From a virus (Duplodnaviria; Caudoviricetes): a stretch of DNA of 64,000 nt. Under the pieces are notes generated by a model. It saw only the letters and a list, made by a program, of their open reading frames with translations. It was not told the DNA's origin and ran no database searches. The stretch covers positions 1 through 64,000 of IMG/VR virus record IMGVR_UViG_3300009709_000023, one strand, 5' to 3'. The position numbers and the translations under genes are program-made. Below are positions 47,500 to 57,778 of this stretch, in pieces; positions within the stretch are counted from its first letter, which is position 1; each line of letters begins with the position of its first letter.

Positions 47500-48680
47500 G
47501 TATTTTGACTAAGAAGAACCTTATGCAGATACAAGTTACCTGAATTTGTATCGTTTGATGCTCCAGCCACGCGCTGTAAAGTTAGTGCTAAGAAACCGGC
47601 GTTAACCGACCAGACACCCGCATTAAATCCTGAGAACGCTGTATTTGGAACAACAGCCGCACTTGTTTGATAAGTATTGATGGAGTTAGCAGAGACACTA
47701 AGATTCATTGTTTCTACTGCGGTACCTGTTAATCCAGCAGTTGTACTTCCACCGACTGCGATAAACCCATATGAAGCTTGAATACCGAAGCTGCCTCCAG
47801 CCGTATCTGACGAAAATATAAGTTTAAAGGTCAGTGGCGAGTAGGGGTCCAGCTTATTCAAGTCTACAGGAATCGCAACGGTTTCAGTACCCGACTTCTG
47901 AAATTGCAGAGTAGGCAAACCAGCAACAGTTGCAATGGCGGGGCCGCCTGATGCTGGAACAACTGGGGTAACTACAACATCTCCCCCACGAAAAACTGGA
48001 GCGCCAGAAGCCAGAGCAACAGTTGGATTAGCAACTCCATAGGTAGAAGTAATAACATACAAGGGTGACTGGCCGGTGGTTGGGCTAGGCGTCGTTTGAC
48101 TACCGGTCGCCGATGCAGTTCCAGCGACAACTGAAACAATCAATTCCTTATTCATTAACAAGCAAGGCAAGAAAGTATTAGTTGGATCTACATACGGAAG
48201 CGCCGAAGTAGCCATGTTCGTTTGACTAAGGTCATTAATGTGGTATTGAACCAGGTAATTAATGGATTGACCTGTTGTCGTTGGTGCTGGAACATTGATG
48301 TTAAATGGCGTTAGCAACAACGCTTGCTTGATAATCGGAGTCGATAAACTTGCATTAACAGGTTCAAGTTCATATACCGAGCCTTGTCCAATTGATACAA
48401 CTCCAGAGGAAACCTGGCTTACGACCAGGCCGGATGCCATATTTTGTGTTTCTGTTACAGCTTTAAAAAGCTCTGACCAAGCTTGATTATTAGCGAGAGT
48501 ATCGAGCAGAACAGCTCGGCGAGAGGAATCTCCGCTACCAGAGCCAATAGCAAGTAAGTTTGAATCGAGATCCGTAAGAGGACGATTATCTACACTGTAG
48601 TAGTAAGGGTCCAATGCGGTATAATATCTAACGGTTGCTAAGGTAGACCCATCTTGGGGAACAAAAACTGGCGTTGTCAT
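47493..48680 (-). CDS. Putative tail fibre/baseplate structural protein
   Basis: S/T/G-rich beta protein; YSVDNRPLTDLDSN N-terminal pattern. Confidence 0.5.
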   Translation of the reverse strand: MTTPVFVPQDGSTLATVRYYTALDPYYYSVDNRPLTDLDSNLLAIGSGSGDSSRRAVLLDTLANNQAWSELFKAVTETQNMASGLVVSQVSSGVVSIGQGSVYELEPVNASLSTPIIKQALLLTPFNINVPAPTTTGQSINYLVQYHINDLSQTNMATSALPYVDPTNTFLPCLLMNKELIVSVVAGTASATGSQTTPSPTTGQSPLYVITSTYGVANPTVALASGAPVFRGGDVVVTPVVPASGGPAIATVAGLPTLQFQKSGTETVAIPVDLNKLDPYSPLTFKLIFSSDTAGGSFGIQASYGFIAVGGSTTAGLTGTAVETMNLSVSANSINTYQTSAAVVPNTAFSGFNAGVWSVNAGFLALTLQRVAGASNDTNSGNLYLHKVLLSQNTY

Positions 48681-48700
48681 CTTTAATTAGTTGTGGTATA

Positions 48701-49219
48701 ATGAAGATACTGATATATTTTAACGATTCAGATCTTACGAGTAACTCTATGTTAGCACTTTCCAAGCATGGTGTCAATATCCCCTACGGCGGCGACACAT
48801 TAATTTTTAGATGGAAAAAAATAGATAATCAACGTTGGTGGAGTGAAAATTTTCTGCGTGGATTTTCTAGCTTAAGAGAGTATTGGCGTTACGTTGGTGC
48901 ATCAGAAAGAGATTTAACATACCCCGGCACTCGGTTCCAGGGATACTCTTATATTGAAATGTTGACTCAATGGGTCAATTACACCTATGGTAAGTTGAAC
49001 ATTGTCATACTCAAAGATATAAATCCACAAGCTAAAGGCATTTCATTCTGGGCACGATTGCCGAAAGAGAAAGCATCAGAATTTCTCAACGATTTAGTAG
49101 TTTTACACTGTAGTGATAAATCTGAAGTGAATAGAATTGTAGATTCTATAGGTTCTGATTTTGCGGATGCTTATGGCTTTTCTGACGGAAGGCTTATTAA
49201 CTTTACGGAATATGAATGA
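48701..49219 (+). CDS. Hypothetical protein
   Basis: ORF coupled to 49216; start uncertain. Confidence 0.65.
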   Translation: MKILIYFNDSDLTSNSMLALSKHGVNIPYGGDTLIFRWKKIDNQRWWSENFLRGFSSLREYWRYVGASERDLTYPGTRFQGYSYIEMLTQWVNYTYGKLNIVILKDINPQAKGISFWARLPKEKASEFLNDLVVLHCSDKSEVNRIVDSIGSDFADAYGFSDGRLINFTEYE

Positions 49220-49470
49220 AAGGTTACATATACTACGATTTTGACAGAAATTTTGTGTACAAAACAAGACAATATATAGACACAGAAAATCCTGGATTTT
49301 GGGATCAAAACAGTTTGTTAATTCAAAGAGTTTGGAGGGTTGATACTGATCAACCGGCCACATTAAAACAATGCTTTGTTCAAGCTCAAGCCTTGGGTGT
49401 TACTACATCCCAAGTCAAAGATATGTGCCAAGCTCTGAATTTTGATTTAAGTCTGATCGTGAAAAAGTAG
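49216..49470 (+). CDS. Hypothetical protein
   Basis: ATGA overlap. Confidence 0.7.
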   Translation: MKGYIYYDFDRNFVYKTRQYIDTENPGFWDQNSLLIQRVWRVDTDQPATLKQCFVQAQALGVTTSQVKDMCQALNFDLSLIVKK

Positions 49471-49471
49471 T

Positions 49472-50245
49472 ATGGACTTAGAATTCCAAAAAACGTTACC
49501 GAAAATTGCTGGCGTTTATCTTATTACAAATACAATCAACCAGAAAGTATACGTTGGAAGCACGATAGATTTACACAGTAGATATCGTACACATTTTTAC
49601 ATGCTCTTTACACAGAGGCACAGTAATGAGTACCTTCAACGATCTTACAATTTGCATGGATTCAATGCTTTTAAATTTGAAATACTGGAATTAGTAGAAG
49701 ACATAAACACCCTATTGAGTAGAGAGCAGTTTTATCTGGATTCGTATGAAGAGGATACTAAGTACAATATGCTTAAAACAGCGGGATCTACCCTAGGTGC
49801 AGTATTCACAGAAGAACACAAATTGAAACTAGCTTTAAGCAATAAAACTAAGTACCCGGAATTACCGATGAATGTGCTGTATGACAAAACGTCTGATGTG
49901 TATTTAGCTAGAGCTAGGCATTTAGGTAAACGGATTACTTTGGGTAAATTTAAAACTGTAAAAGAATGTTTGGAAGCTATTGAAGAATTCAAAAAAGACC
50001 CGGAAATTTTTTTGTCAGAATTAGAAATTAGAAAACTTAAACGAAAACTCCTCATAGATACAAAACCTCTGGGTGTTTTTTACAATAAATCCTTAGGCTT
50101 GTATGTAGCAAGAATTGAAAAAGTTATTGATGGTAAAAAAGAAATTCTTCTTAATAAGTATTCTAAAAATAAAGACGAACTTATAGAAGCTAGAACGAAA
50201 TTTGTAGAAAATTGGAATAAAGAACATGATCCTGAGCTTCGATAG
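49472..50245 (+). CDS. GIY-YIG homing endonuclease
   Basis: AGVYLITN...VYVGST, R, EILE, REQ..LD, YNM. Confidence 0.85.
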   Translation: MDLEFQKTLPKIAGVYLITNTINQKVYVGSTIDLHSRYRTHFYMLFTQRHSNEYLQRSYNLHGFNAFKFEILELVEDINTLLSREQFYLDSYEEDTKYNMLKTAGSTLGAVFTEEHKLKLALSNKTKYPELPMNVLYDKTSDVYLARARHLGKRITLGKFKTVKECLEAIEEFKKDPEIFLSELEIRKLKRKLLIDTKPLGVFYNKSLGLYVARIEKVIDGKKEILLNKYSKNKDELIEARTKFVENWNKEHDPELR

Positions 50246-51998
50246 AGATAAAACTTCCGTCTTATTTATGCACGAAGATGGTAAAGAATATAGATTCTTA
50301 CATGATTTTCCGGCGCTTCTAAAAGGCGCTTTATATTACTATGCTCCGCTAAAACCTGGAGTAGTTCATAATATCCTAGGTCGTATTCGTCTTCATTATA
50401 AAGGCAAAATCAAAATTAATGAAGATGTTCATGCCTGGATGAATACTCCTAATAAACTTCTAACTATTCCGGAAGACTTCAAATATCACACTCAACCTCA
50501 CCCCGCACAAGAAGTCGCACTTCGTTTCATGTATACGTTTGGGAGCGGGGGTTTGTTACTCGATCCGGGCATGGGAAAGAGCAAGACCGTCCTTGATTAT
50601 GTATGGCTTAAGCAATTCAAAAAAACAGTAGTTATATGCCCTTTACCTCTTTGTTTTGTCTGGGAAGATGAAATTGAAAAACATAGACCAGAGCTGAGTT
50701 ATTATGTAGTTAAAACCACAGATTGGGAAAAAGAACAACCTAATATGGAGGTTGATATACTAATTATTAACTACAATAAAGCCGTTTTATTTGAAAAGCA
50801 ACTCAAGAAATTTGGATTTGATTTTGTGTATTTAGATGAAGCATTAATTAAAGATCCTACTTCATTACGTACACAATCACTAACGAATATTGCTAAAGAT
50901 ATTCCTTATAAGTCACTTGGGAGCGGGACATTAATCAATAATAGTATTATGGATACGTTTTGTCCTAGCCGATTTATTGAACCTGCTCTGGTTGGGTATT
51001 CATATAAGAACTTCTTAGATCACCACGCAGTCAGATATAACAATAAAGCATCTGATGCAATTCCCCGTATTGTAGGTTTTAAATACGCAAATGAAGCCAG
51101 ATCTATTCTTCAAACATGTTGTATTGTAATGACTAAAGAAGAATGGCTTAAAGATTTACCGGGGAAAGAGTTCGAAGATATTTATGTACAACCATCAGAT
51201 TTCCAACGCAAGTTATACAAAGACTTGTCATCAAATTATATTGCTCAAGTTGAAGATAAATGGATAGAAGTGGATAACCCTTTAGTCATGATGGCTAAAC
51301 TGTATCAGATTTCTCAAGGGTTTATACATAACAACCACGACGAAACTGACATGGATGACCTTTTGGGTGTAGCAAAACTACTCAAAACTAAAAAGAAAAA
51401 AACCCGTAGCACAATTAGGTTTGAAGATCAACCTAAACTTGACGCGTTGGAAAAAATCATTACAACAAAAATAAAAGGAAAACGCGCTATTATTTGGTTC
51501 AATTTGACGGAAGAATATCAACTTATCAAAGAACGCCTTGAACAAATGGGAATAAAGTTTCTTGTAATTCGAGGTGGTGAAAAAGATACAGGTGGTAAAG
51601 TCAGGTTGTTTAATAAAGATAACTCCTATCAATTTCTTTTAGCTCAAGCAAAATCAGTGAATTATGGCATCACTGTGCTAGGCCATTCCAAAGAATCTGA
51701 CGTCGAAGATGAAGATGACGATTTGGCTGGTATGTACGCGCCGGCCCTTGATTCGGAAGTCTTTACCGAGATTTTCTATAGCGTTTCTTTTAGTTCTGAG
51801 GTATACTCTCAACAACAGGATCGTATTCATAGATTTGGCCAAAAACATACATGTAAGTACTATCGTATTTTTTGTAATACTCCTATTGAACACAAGATAC
51901 GCGTAGCATTAGAAGATAAGTTGATTCTACGTAAAGAAATGCTAGTAGATATTGCTCAATCATTGAAAGACGAAGTCGAAGTAGAAGGTGTTGAGTGA
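50226..51998 (+). CDS. SNF2-family helicase
   Basis: DPGMGKS, DEA, SGTL, KLYQISQG, QQQDRIHRFGQ. Confidence 0.85.
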   Translation: MILSFDRDKTSVLFMHEDGKEYRFLHDFPALLKGALYYYAPLKPGVVHNILGRIRLHYKGKIKINEDVHAWMNTPNKLLTIPEDFKYHTQPHPAQEVALRFMYTFGSGGLLLDPGMGKSKTVLDYVWLKQFKKTVVICPLPLCFVWEDEIEKHRPELSYYVVKTTDWEKEQPNMEVDILIINYNKAVLFEKQLKKFGFDFVYLDEALIKDPTSLRTQSLTNIAKDIPYKSLGSGTLINNSIMDTFCPSRFIEPALVGYSYKNFLDHHAVRYNNKASDAIPRIVGFKYANEARSILQTCCIVMTKEEWLKDLPGKEFEDIYVQPSDFQRKLYKDLSSNYIAQVEDKWIEVDNPLVMMAKLYQISQGFIHNNHDETDMDDLLGVAKLLKTKKKKTRSTIRFEDQPKLDALEKIITTKIKGKRAIIWFNLTEEYQLIKERLEQMGIKFLVIRGGEKDTGGKVRLFNKDNSYQFLLAQAKSVNYGITVLGHSKESDVEDEDDDLAGMYAPALDSEVFTEIFYSVSFSSEVYSQQQDRIHRFGQKHTCKYYRIFCNTPIEHKIRVALEDKLILRKEMLVDIAQSLKDEVEVEGVE

Positions 51999-52104
51999 CC
52001 AAACTGCGGTTCATTTGGTATAAGTATAGTGTAAGAGAAATTAGATTCGTTTAACAACGCCTCAGACCTAGCCATTCTGAGGCTTTTTAAGGAGGTGTCC
52101 TACT

Positions 52105-52848
52105 ATGGACGCAGAACGGCAAAAGAAATTCCAGCCCTTTATCGATGCAGCGGGGGTGACAGTAGGTGAGCTGAAACTGGCCGGCGATCAAGAGAAAATC
52201 CTGATCGACAGTCTGATTCTGGCCGTCGTCGGCTTCGACACGAAGTACACCGAAGCAACCGAAGCAGAGGCGAGCGCATTCATTGAAAGGATTCTGAACA
52301 ATTTGCTGGCGACTCACAAACGCAAGCAAGCCCAGCTTTCCGACAAGCACTCGGCCCCGTCCCGTGCCATTCGCAAAAACCAGATCGATGCGATCTCGGC
52401 GGAACACGGCATCAAATTCTCCTACCTCCGGGAAGAATTCCGTTTCGTATGGCCGTCGGTGCCGGTCGACGAATCCGAAGCGGATGTGCCGGGGCAGCTT
52501 CCGGACCCGGAAAAGACCGAAATCGAGTACGGCAACAAGATCGGCGTGATCGCGTTCAAGTATCACCTGAGCCACAAAGGCCAGATCAATGTCGAACTGG
52601 CCATGTCTTTCTGTAGCCCGAAGGATACGTTCGACAACCTCGACGGCAAGGAAGAAGCACTGAAGCATTTCATGGAAGGCAAGACGCTGATGTTGGAAGC
52701 CTCTCATGGTGCTCTGTTCGGCAGTCTGTTGGGTAAGCCTTACCCGATTGCTGTCGAATACGCAGAAAACGTGCTGAGGGCAAACGGTGTTGTTCGTCGT
52801 CTGGAAGAAAATCACTTTCTGACTTCGGTCATGATCGGTCGTCACTAA
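52105..52848 (+). CDS. Hypothetical protein, visibly GC-rich codons
   Basis: AAGGAGG SD; after TGGTATAAG at 52016. Confidence 0.85.
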   Translation: MDAERQKKFQPFIDAAGVTVGELKLAGDQEKILIDSLILAVVGFDTKYTEATEAEASAFIERILNNLLATHKRKQAQLSDKHSAPSRAIRKNQIDAISAEHGIKFSYLREEFRFVWPSVPVDESEADVPGQLPDPEKTEIEYGNKIGVIAFKYHLSHKGQINVELAMSFCSPKDTFDNLDGKEEALKHFMEGKTLMLEASHGALFGSLLGKPYPIAVEYAENVLRANGVVRRLEENHFLTSVMIGRH

Positions 52849-52954
52849 TTAATCGTGTTGGCCCCGCTCGGAGGTCGAGCGGGATTTAACGGGGGATGTA
52901 GTCCTTTGTCCGAGACGGAAATAAATAGTCTCAACTCAATAACTAGGAGCAGAA

Positions 52955-53488
52955 ATGGAAACCATTAACATTGTTAAGTTCGTGTCGATCAACGATGCTC
53001 TAACCACAAACCCGGATGGCTCATTCAGCGATGCTAAGGACAAAACCTTAGTCGTTGATACGAGAAAACCTTCTGAGCGTTTCCCCCAGGGTATTTCTCT
53101 ACTTGGTGACTTTTACTCGCCGGAAATCCTCGATCATATCGATGAAGATCGGTTTTGGACAGGACTGCCGAATCTCGGCCCTGACCAAGATTTTCGAATC
53201 GAACGTATCAAAGAGTTGTTTCCGGTGACCGGTTACTGCCCTGACCCCCGTGTGAATCGGCGGAAGTTATACACCAAGATTCTCTGGCTTCGGACGGAAA
53301 GTACCATTGGTTGGGAATTCGACAAAAAGAAAAGTCGATTCTCCGAAGCCCACGTCCCGGTTTCTCTCGTGCTTCATAACAGCCGTCTCAATCATGCTCT
53401 TGACCTACTCCAAGCAAGATCCGGAGAACCGGCTCATGTACGACTTATTACAACGACCAATCAGCCCATCAAAACTTTCGGTCGTTAA
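52955..53488 (+). CDS. Hypothetical protein
   Basis: AGGAG SD. Confidence 0.8.
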   Translation: METINIVKFVSINDALTTNPDGSFSDAKDKTLVVDTRKPSERFPQGISLLGDFYSPEILDHIDEDRFWTGLPNLGPDQDFRIERIKELFPVTGYCPDPRVNRRKLYTKILWLRTESTIGWEFDKKKSRFSEAHVPVSLVLHNSRLNHALDLLQARSGEPAHVRLITTTNQPIKTFGR

Positions 53489-53528
53489 TCTCTGCTCTCT
53501 CGATGATCTCGCCCATCATCGAGTTTTC

Positions 53529-53560
53529 AGGGGCTGAGAAGTCTTCAGCCCTCTTTTTTT
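53529..53560 (+). terminator. Intrinsic terminator, preceded by a perfect 9-bp hairpin (53499-53523)
   Basis: GGGCTGA/TCAGCCC stem followed by a T-run. Confidence 0.75.
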
Positions 53561-53615
53561 CGCTGTCTAAGTTAAGATTAAAATTTGGCCCTTTACATAT
53601 GGAGGCATATACGTT

Positions 53616-54173
53616 TTGCTATTTACTAAACCAATGCGACGATGGGGAGTATCCACGCTCTTAGCAGTTGCACTTCTTCAAAACCCTTCACCCTCTCTTT
53701 CTCAAACAACTTCTTATTCAGACACCACCGACTCTAGAGCAGTCAGTGCCGTTGTTCTGAACTACGACCAAGACCCCGCTTTCGTACAGCGTCTGGTTAG
53801 CATTGCGGAAAAATACGCCTATAGCGATTTTCCTAAGAAGGAGGACATTCTTGCAATTATTGCAGTTGAGTCCAGGTTCAAACCTGATGCTAAAACTCAA
53901 ACTTCCAAAGGATTGATGCAAATCAATCTGGACGCAAATCGCAAGAGAATCCAAGGGAGCTTGTTCAATCCGGATGAGAATATACGGGTTGGCGTTGAAA
54001 TTCTAAGGGGTTATTATGAACTACTCGGCAGCAATCGTAGCGCCGCTATCATGGCCTACAATATCGGTCCTGGCTCATACCTCAAAGGTCGCAGGTCTCG
54101 CGTCTATCTTTCCAAAGTTGAAAAGAACGCGAAGTTGATTTACCCAGTAAGGCAGGAAAGCTCGGTGGAGTAA
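53616..54173 (+). CDS. Soluble lytic transglycosylase with an N-terminal signal-like segment
   Basis: AIIAVESRF, GLMQIN, NIRVG, AYNIGPG; GGAGG SD before TTG. Confidence 0.85.
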   Translation: MLFTKPMRRWGVSTLLAVALLQNPSPSLSQTTSYSDTTDSRAVSAVVLNYDQDPAFVQRLVSIAEKYAYSDFPKKEDILAIIAVESRFKPDAKTQTSKGLMQINLDANRKRIQGSLFNPDENIRVGVEILRGYYELLGSNRSAAIMAYNIGPGSYLKGRRSRVYLSKVEKNAKLIYPVRQESSVE

Positions 54174-54247
54174 GACCTCTTTTGTGGTATAAGTTAGATA
54201 GAAGAGAGTAAACTAGTATTTTCAACTAACTTATAAGGGTTTCTACC

Positions 54248-54355
54248 ATGTCGGCCAAGGCTGCTTCACTCCTCTATTTTGGTTCTGTTCTGCTTGCCGT
54301 AGCCTTGGCTATTTCGTGTTGCATCCTGGTCGGAGGAAACCAGCCGTTACCATGA
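54248..54355 (+). CDS. 35-aa membrane protein (not in ORF track)
   Basis: MSAKAASLLYFGSVLLAVALAISCCILVGG; after TGGTATAAG at 54185. Confidence 0.6.
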   Translation: MSAKAASLLYFGSVLLAVALAISCCILVGGNQPLP

Positions 54356-54363
54356 GGTGAATT

Positions 54364-54525
54364 ATGTTAACGATGATGGCTATCGTGGGGTCATTGTGTG
54401 GAGGATTTGTTCTCTTCCTCATAATCCTAGCGTCTATTTTGGCGTCAATCGTGGAAACGCTAAGGGACGCAAAAGATGTTCTGTTGGATCGAGAATGGTG
54501 GAACCAATGGTTACCTTCATTCTGA
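54364..54525 (+). CDS. 53-aa membrane protein (not in ORF track)
   Basis: GAGGTGA SD; long hydrophobic N-terminus. Confidence 0.6.
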   Translation: MLTMMAIVGSLCGGFVLFLIILASILASIVETLRDAKDVLLDREWWNQWLPSF

Positions 54526-54617
54526 TTCTATTCTTAATACCTTTTGTAATCGTCGCTATTATTCTAGGGCTTATCCGTTTACTATTCGGATGGGTTTTGC
54601 CTAAGAAGAAACGCTGA
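54507..54617 (+). CDS. 36-aa membrane protein
   Basis: MVTFILILFLIPFVIVAIILGLIRLLFGWVLPKKKR. Confidence 0.6.
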   Translation: MVTFILILFLIPFVIVAIILGLIRLLFGWVLPKKKR

Positions 54618-54645
54618 CGGGCACTCGGGACTAGTTCCCGAGTTT

Positions 54646-54993
54646 TTAGCTAGTTAACCAGGAAATGAGCTGGGGATTATCTTTGAACACTGCCAGAAGC
54701 CCGGCAGCTAAAGCGAAGACTTGTTTTTCTTTCATACCTAAGCTAAGAGATTCATCGACTGCATGAATAGTCTCATGTAGCATTGTGTCCTGGACTTGTT
54801 CTTTGGCTTCGAGCAGACGAACCCAAATCTGTTGTTTATCAAGCTTCATCCAACCATTTACTTCTTCATCTTGACCAGGTGCCAAGACCATTACACTGAA
54901 GGATTTGCCTAAAATTTTAAGTTTATCTGGCATGTCCATTATCCAACTTAAATCGGGTTGAGGAATTTCCTGTTTTTCGGATCCTGAATCCAT
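54646..54993 (-). CDS. HExxH-motif putative metallopeptidase
   Basis: TMLHETIHAV...E. Confidence 0.6.
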   Translation of the reverse strand: MDSGSEKQEIPQPDLSWIMDMPDKLKILGKSFSVMVLAPGQDEEVNGWMKLDKQQIWVRLLEAKEQVQDTMLHETIHAVDESLSLGMKEKQVFALAAGLLAVFKDNPQLISWLTS

Positions 54994-55101
54994 TTTGGCA
55001 CCTATGTTTGACCTTATAATTTTAGTCTTAGTAGTCCTAGCAGTTGCGCCCAGTATGTGCCATATGGTATAATCATTACCTAAATTTTATGAGATAAAGT
55101 C

Positions 55102-55665
55102 ATGCTCCCCGAAGATCTTGCTGAACCTTACATTGATGACGACCAAATTCTTGAAATGGAATCCTATATGGATGATTTGGTTTCTCATATGCTTTCGGAG
55201 ACAGAGGATGGCCAGGAACCGGTTACGTTCTATCGATCCAGAATGGTCGATGCTATTATGTCTGTAGGCGAATTACTGGATTTGATCCCCCAATTGACAG
55301 GGAAAGAATCCAAAGCGGAAGCTAAAAGAATGTCCAAAATTCTACTTTCGATGTGCGATCTTCTAGATTTCACTTTATTGATGGCTCATGCATTCGAGAC
55401 AGGTGTTCCAGATGCAGAAATTCTCGAAGCAGAGACTAATAGTGGCATTATTGAAATTCAAACTAACGCTACAATTTGTGCCATGTCGTTACTCGATGCA
55501 GTTAACGCACTTGGTTTCAATTTCTTCGTAGAAAGAAACTCTGAAAATATAGATGGAGAAATTGTTTCTTCAGAGATTCTTGGTATGTTGGCGGGTTTGT
55601 GTAAACTCTGCGAACATTTACAAGTAGATCTCTACGATGTAATGTATTCCCGGATTACTAAATGA
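55102..55665 (+). CDS. Acidic hypothetical protein, weak MazG-like pattern
   Basis: SVGELLD..., CDLLDF.LL.A, L..L...L.VDL; catalytic glutamates not evident. Confidence 0.55.
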   Translation: MLPEDLAEPYIDDDQILEMESYMDDLVSHMLSETEDGQEPVTFYRSRMVDAIMSVGELLDLIPQLTGKESKAEAKRMSKILLSMCDLLDFTLLMAHAFETGVPDAEILEAETNSGIIEIQTNATICAMSLLDAVNALGFNFFVERNSENIDGEIVSSEILGMLAGLCKLCEHLQVDLYDVMYSRITK

Positions 55666-57284
55666 TTGAAAATCCACTACAATTTTTCCCTCTCGAAAAA
55701 GCTCGAGGGTTACAAGCTACCGTTATAGATGAAATAGACAAAGTATTTAAAAGTGGAAAGAATATTGTAATCTTAGAGGCTCCCGTAGGGTCTGGCAAAT
55801 CAGCAGTTGCCCTTACCCTTGGGAGGGCGGCTAAAGATTGTCATATTTTGACGCCGCGTAAGTCTTTACAAGACCAATATTTCGATGATTTCAAAGAACA
55901 TATTGTTCTGATGAAAGGCCGTAATTCGTATCCATGTACATTTGATTCAACACCAAATGAATACAGAAAAGTCATTAATAAGATCAAGGGCGGACAAATA
56001 ACTGCCCCTCTAATTAGTGAAGAAACATGCGCCACTGGACCTTGTCGAGACTCCAAACCAATGTTTGATAAGTGTGTCGGTCTTAATGGTCCTTGTCCTT
56101 ACAAAGTAGCAATGGAGGTTGCACAAAATAATGACATTGTTGTACACAACTTACACTCGTTCATTTTCCAGACTAACTTCACAGAAGCGTTCGTCCCTAG
56201 GGAATTGCTTATTGTTGATGAAGCCCATGAAATTGAGGGGATTATGCGAGACTTCATCTCGAAGCGCTTTACGTCGCATAAACCTGTGTGGACTAGCAGG
56301 GTACCGGAAAGCTCAGACCCTGAGGACTGGAGGGAGATCTTATTTTCAGATGATTTCGTACCTATCGAAACCGCCTCAGACAGGGCTAAAAAACAGCAAG
56401 ATCCTGACTTTACATCGGAACGCGATAACTACCTTCTTAAGGTAAAAGTGTTTCTGGATCAGTTGGAATCAACAGGCCATAAGTATACAGTTAAATTCCA
56501 CGAGAATAATCATGGTAAAACTGGAGCGCACATCAATTCTACTGTCGAATTCGTTCCTCATAAAATTGGTAATTCTGCTCAAAATTCGTTGTTTAAGTAT
56601 GGTAGTAAAGTTCTGTTGATGTCGGCTACAATTTACGATAAAGATGTATTTTGTCGTAATATTGGGCTCAATCCAGAAGATGCCTATTTTATTAAAGCCC
56701 CTTCAGCTTTTCCGTTGAAAAATAGGCCGGTCTATTTGAAGTCCGAGTATCAAGTCGATACTTCATTTCAAAATTGGGATAGTAATTTTGACGAAATGAT
56801 TGGTATTGTACAGAAGGTAATGGGCACATTCCACGATACTAAAGGATTAATACACGCGCCTTCTTACACAGCAGCAGAACAAATTGCAAATGCACTTAAC
56901 GATCCTAGAGTCGTCATTCACCGCCCTGAGACTTTCCAGACAAAACTGATTGAGTTCTATGGGTCGAAAGAACCCAAAGTGTTTATCTCCCCTGTCTGTC
57001 AACAAGGCGTTGACTTTAAAGGGGATAGGGCGAGATTTCAAATTGTATTGCGAGTCCCATACCCAAGTACCCAAGACAAATTTGTATCTGAAAAAGTTGA
57101 AACAGACTTTCCGTGGTACAACTATCAGGCTTTAATTACATTCGGCCAACAGTTGGGGCGTATTAATCGTTCTGAAACTGATTTCGGTGTAACGTTTCTA
57201 CTTGACTCTAGATTTAATAAGTTTGTTTCTCGTAACAACAGCAAGTTGCCAAAATGGCAACGTGATGCTTTCATTTGGAAATAA
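55662..57284 (+). CDS. DinG/Rad3-like helicase
   Basis: EAPVGSGKS, VDEAH, MSATI, QGVDF, QQLGRINR; Cys cluster. Confidence 0.85.
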   Translation: MIENPLQFFPLEKARGLQATVIDEIDKVFKSGKNIVILEAPVGSGKSAVALTLGRAAKDCHILTPRKSLQDQYFDDFKEHIVLMKGRNSYPCTFDSTPNEYRKVINKIKGGQITAPLISEETCATGPCRDSKPMFDKCVGLNGPCPYKVAMEVAQNNDIVVHNLHSFIFQTNFTEAFVPRELLIVDEAHEIEGIMRDFISKRFTSHKPVWTSRVPESSDPEDWREILFSDDFVPIETASDRAKKQQDPDFTSERDNYLLKVKVFLDQLESTGHKYTVKFHENNHGKTGAHINSTVEFVPHKIGNSAQNSLFKYGSKVLLMSATIYDKDVFCRNIGLNPEDAYFIKAPSAFPLKNRPVYLKSEYQVDTSFQNWDSNFDEMIGIVQKVMGTFHDTKGLIHAPSYTAAEQIANALNDPRVVIHRPETFQTKLIEFYGSKEPKVFISPVCQQGVDFKGDRARFQIVLRVPYPSTQDKFVSEKVETDFPWYNYQALITFGQQLGRINRSETDFGVTFLLDSRFNKFVSRNNSKLPKWQRDAFIWK

Positions 57285-57285
57285 T

Positions 57286-57513
57286 ATGGCATTCTTTCGT
57301 CAAGCAGAAGCCGGTGATACTGGTGCGACAAAACCCAAAGTAGATAGCTTCATTATGTCGGATGGAGTTTTCTGTATTAATGACTCAAATTTGGTAAAAG
57401 TAATAGGTAACGAGAAAATTATTCCCGAACATGAAAATGAATTCAGAGACCATATTTCTGAGTTTGTAGACCATGCCGCCGCACAATTTTTTACTCAAAA
57501 CCCAGATCTATGA
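57286..57513 (+). CDS. Hypothetical protein
   Basis: ATG 1 nt after the helicase stop. Confidence 0.65.
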   Translation: MAFFRQAEAGDTGATKPKVDSFIMSDGVFCINDSNLVKVIGNEKIIPEHENEFRDHISEFVDHAAAQFFTQNPDL

Positions 57514-57740
57514 AACTGCCTAATTATTGTTCACCTGAAGAATTTGCTACTTGGCTTTCAAAACAAGTGGCAACTAATGGTGGAAAACTCCCCACGGAAA
57601 CTGAATGGGAAGAAATTAAAAAGCGTCTTGAAAACGCTATTGAATGGGTTCACCCTTGGTATTTGAAACCGAGTGGTGATGATGGAGACGGCGGGGGGGG
57701 GAGAAGATCTTATCCCTCCTTACAACACAACAGACTCTAG
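57510..57740 (+). CDS. Hypothetical protein
   Basis: ATGA overlap. Confidence 0.6.
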   Translation: MKLPNYCSPEEFATWLSKQVATNGGKLPTETEWEEIKKRLENAIEWVHPWYLKPSGDDGDGGGGRRSYPSLQHNRL

Positions 57741-57778
57741 CAAATGGCCATTCCCAACTCCTAATAGGATACACTGAA

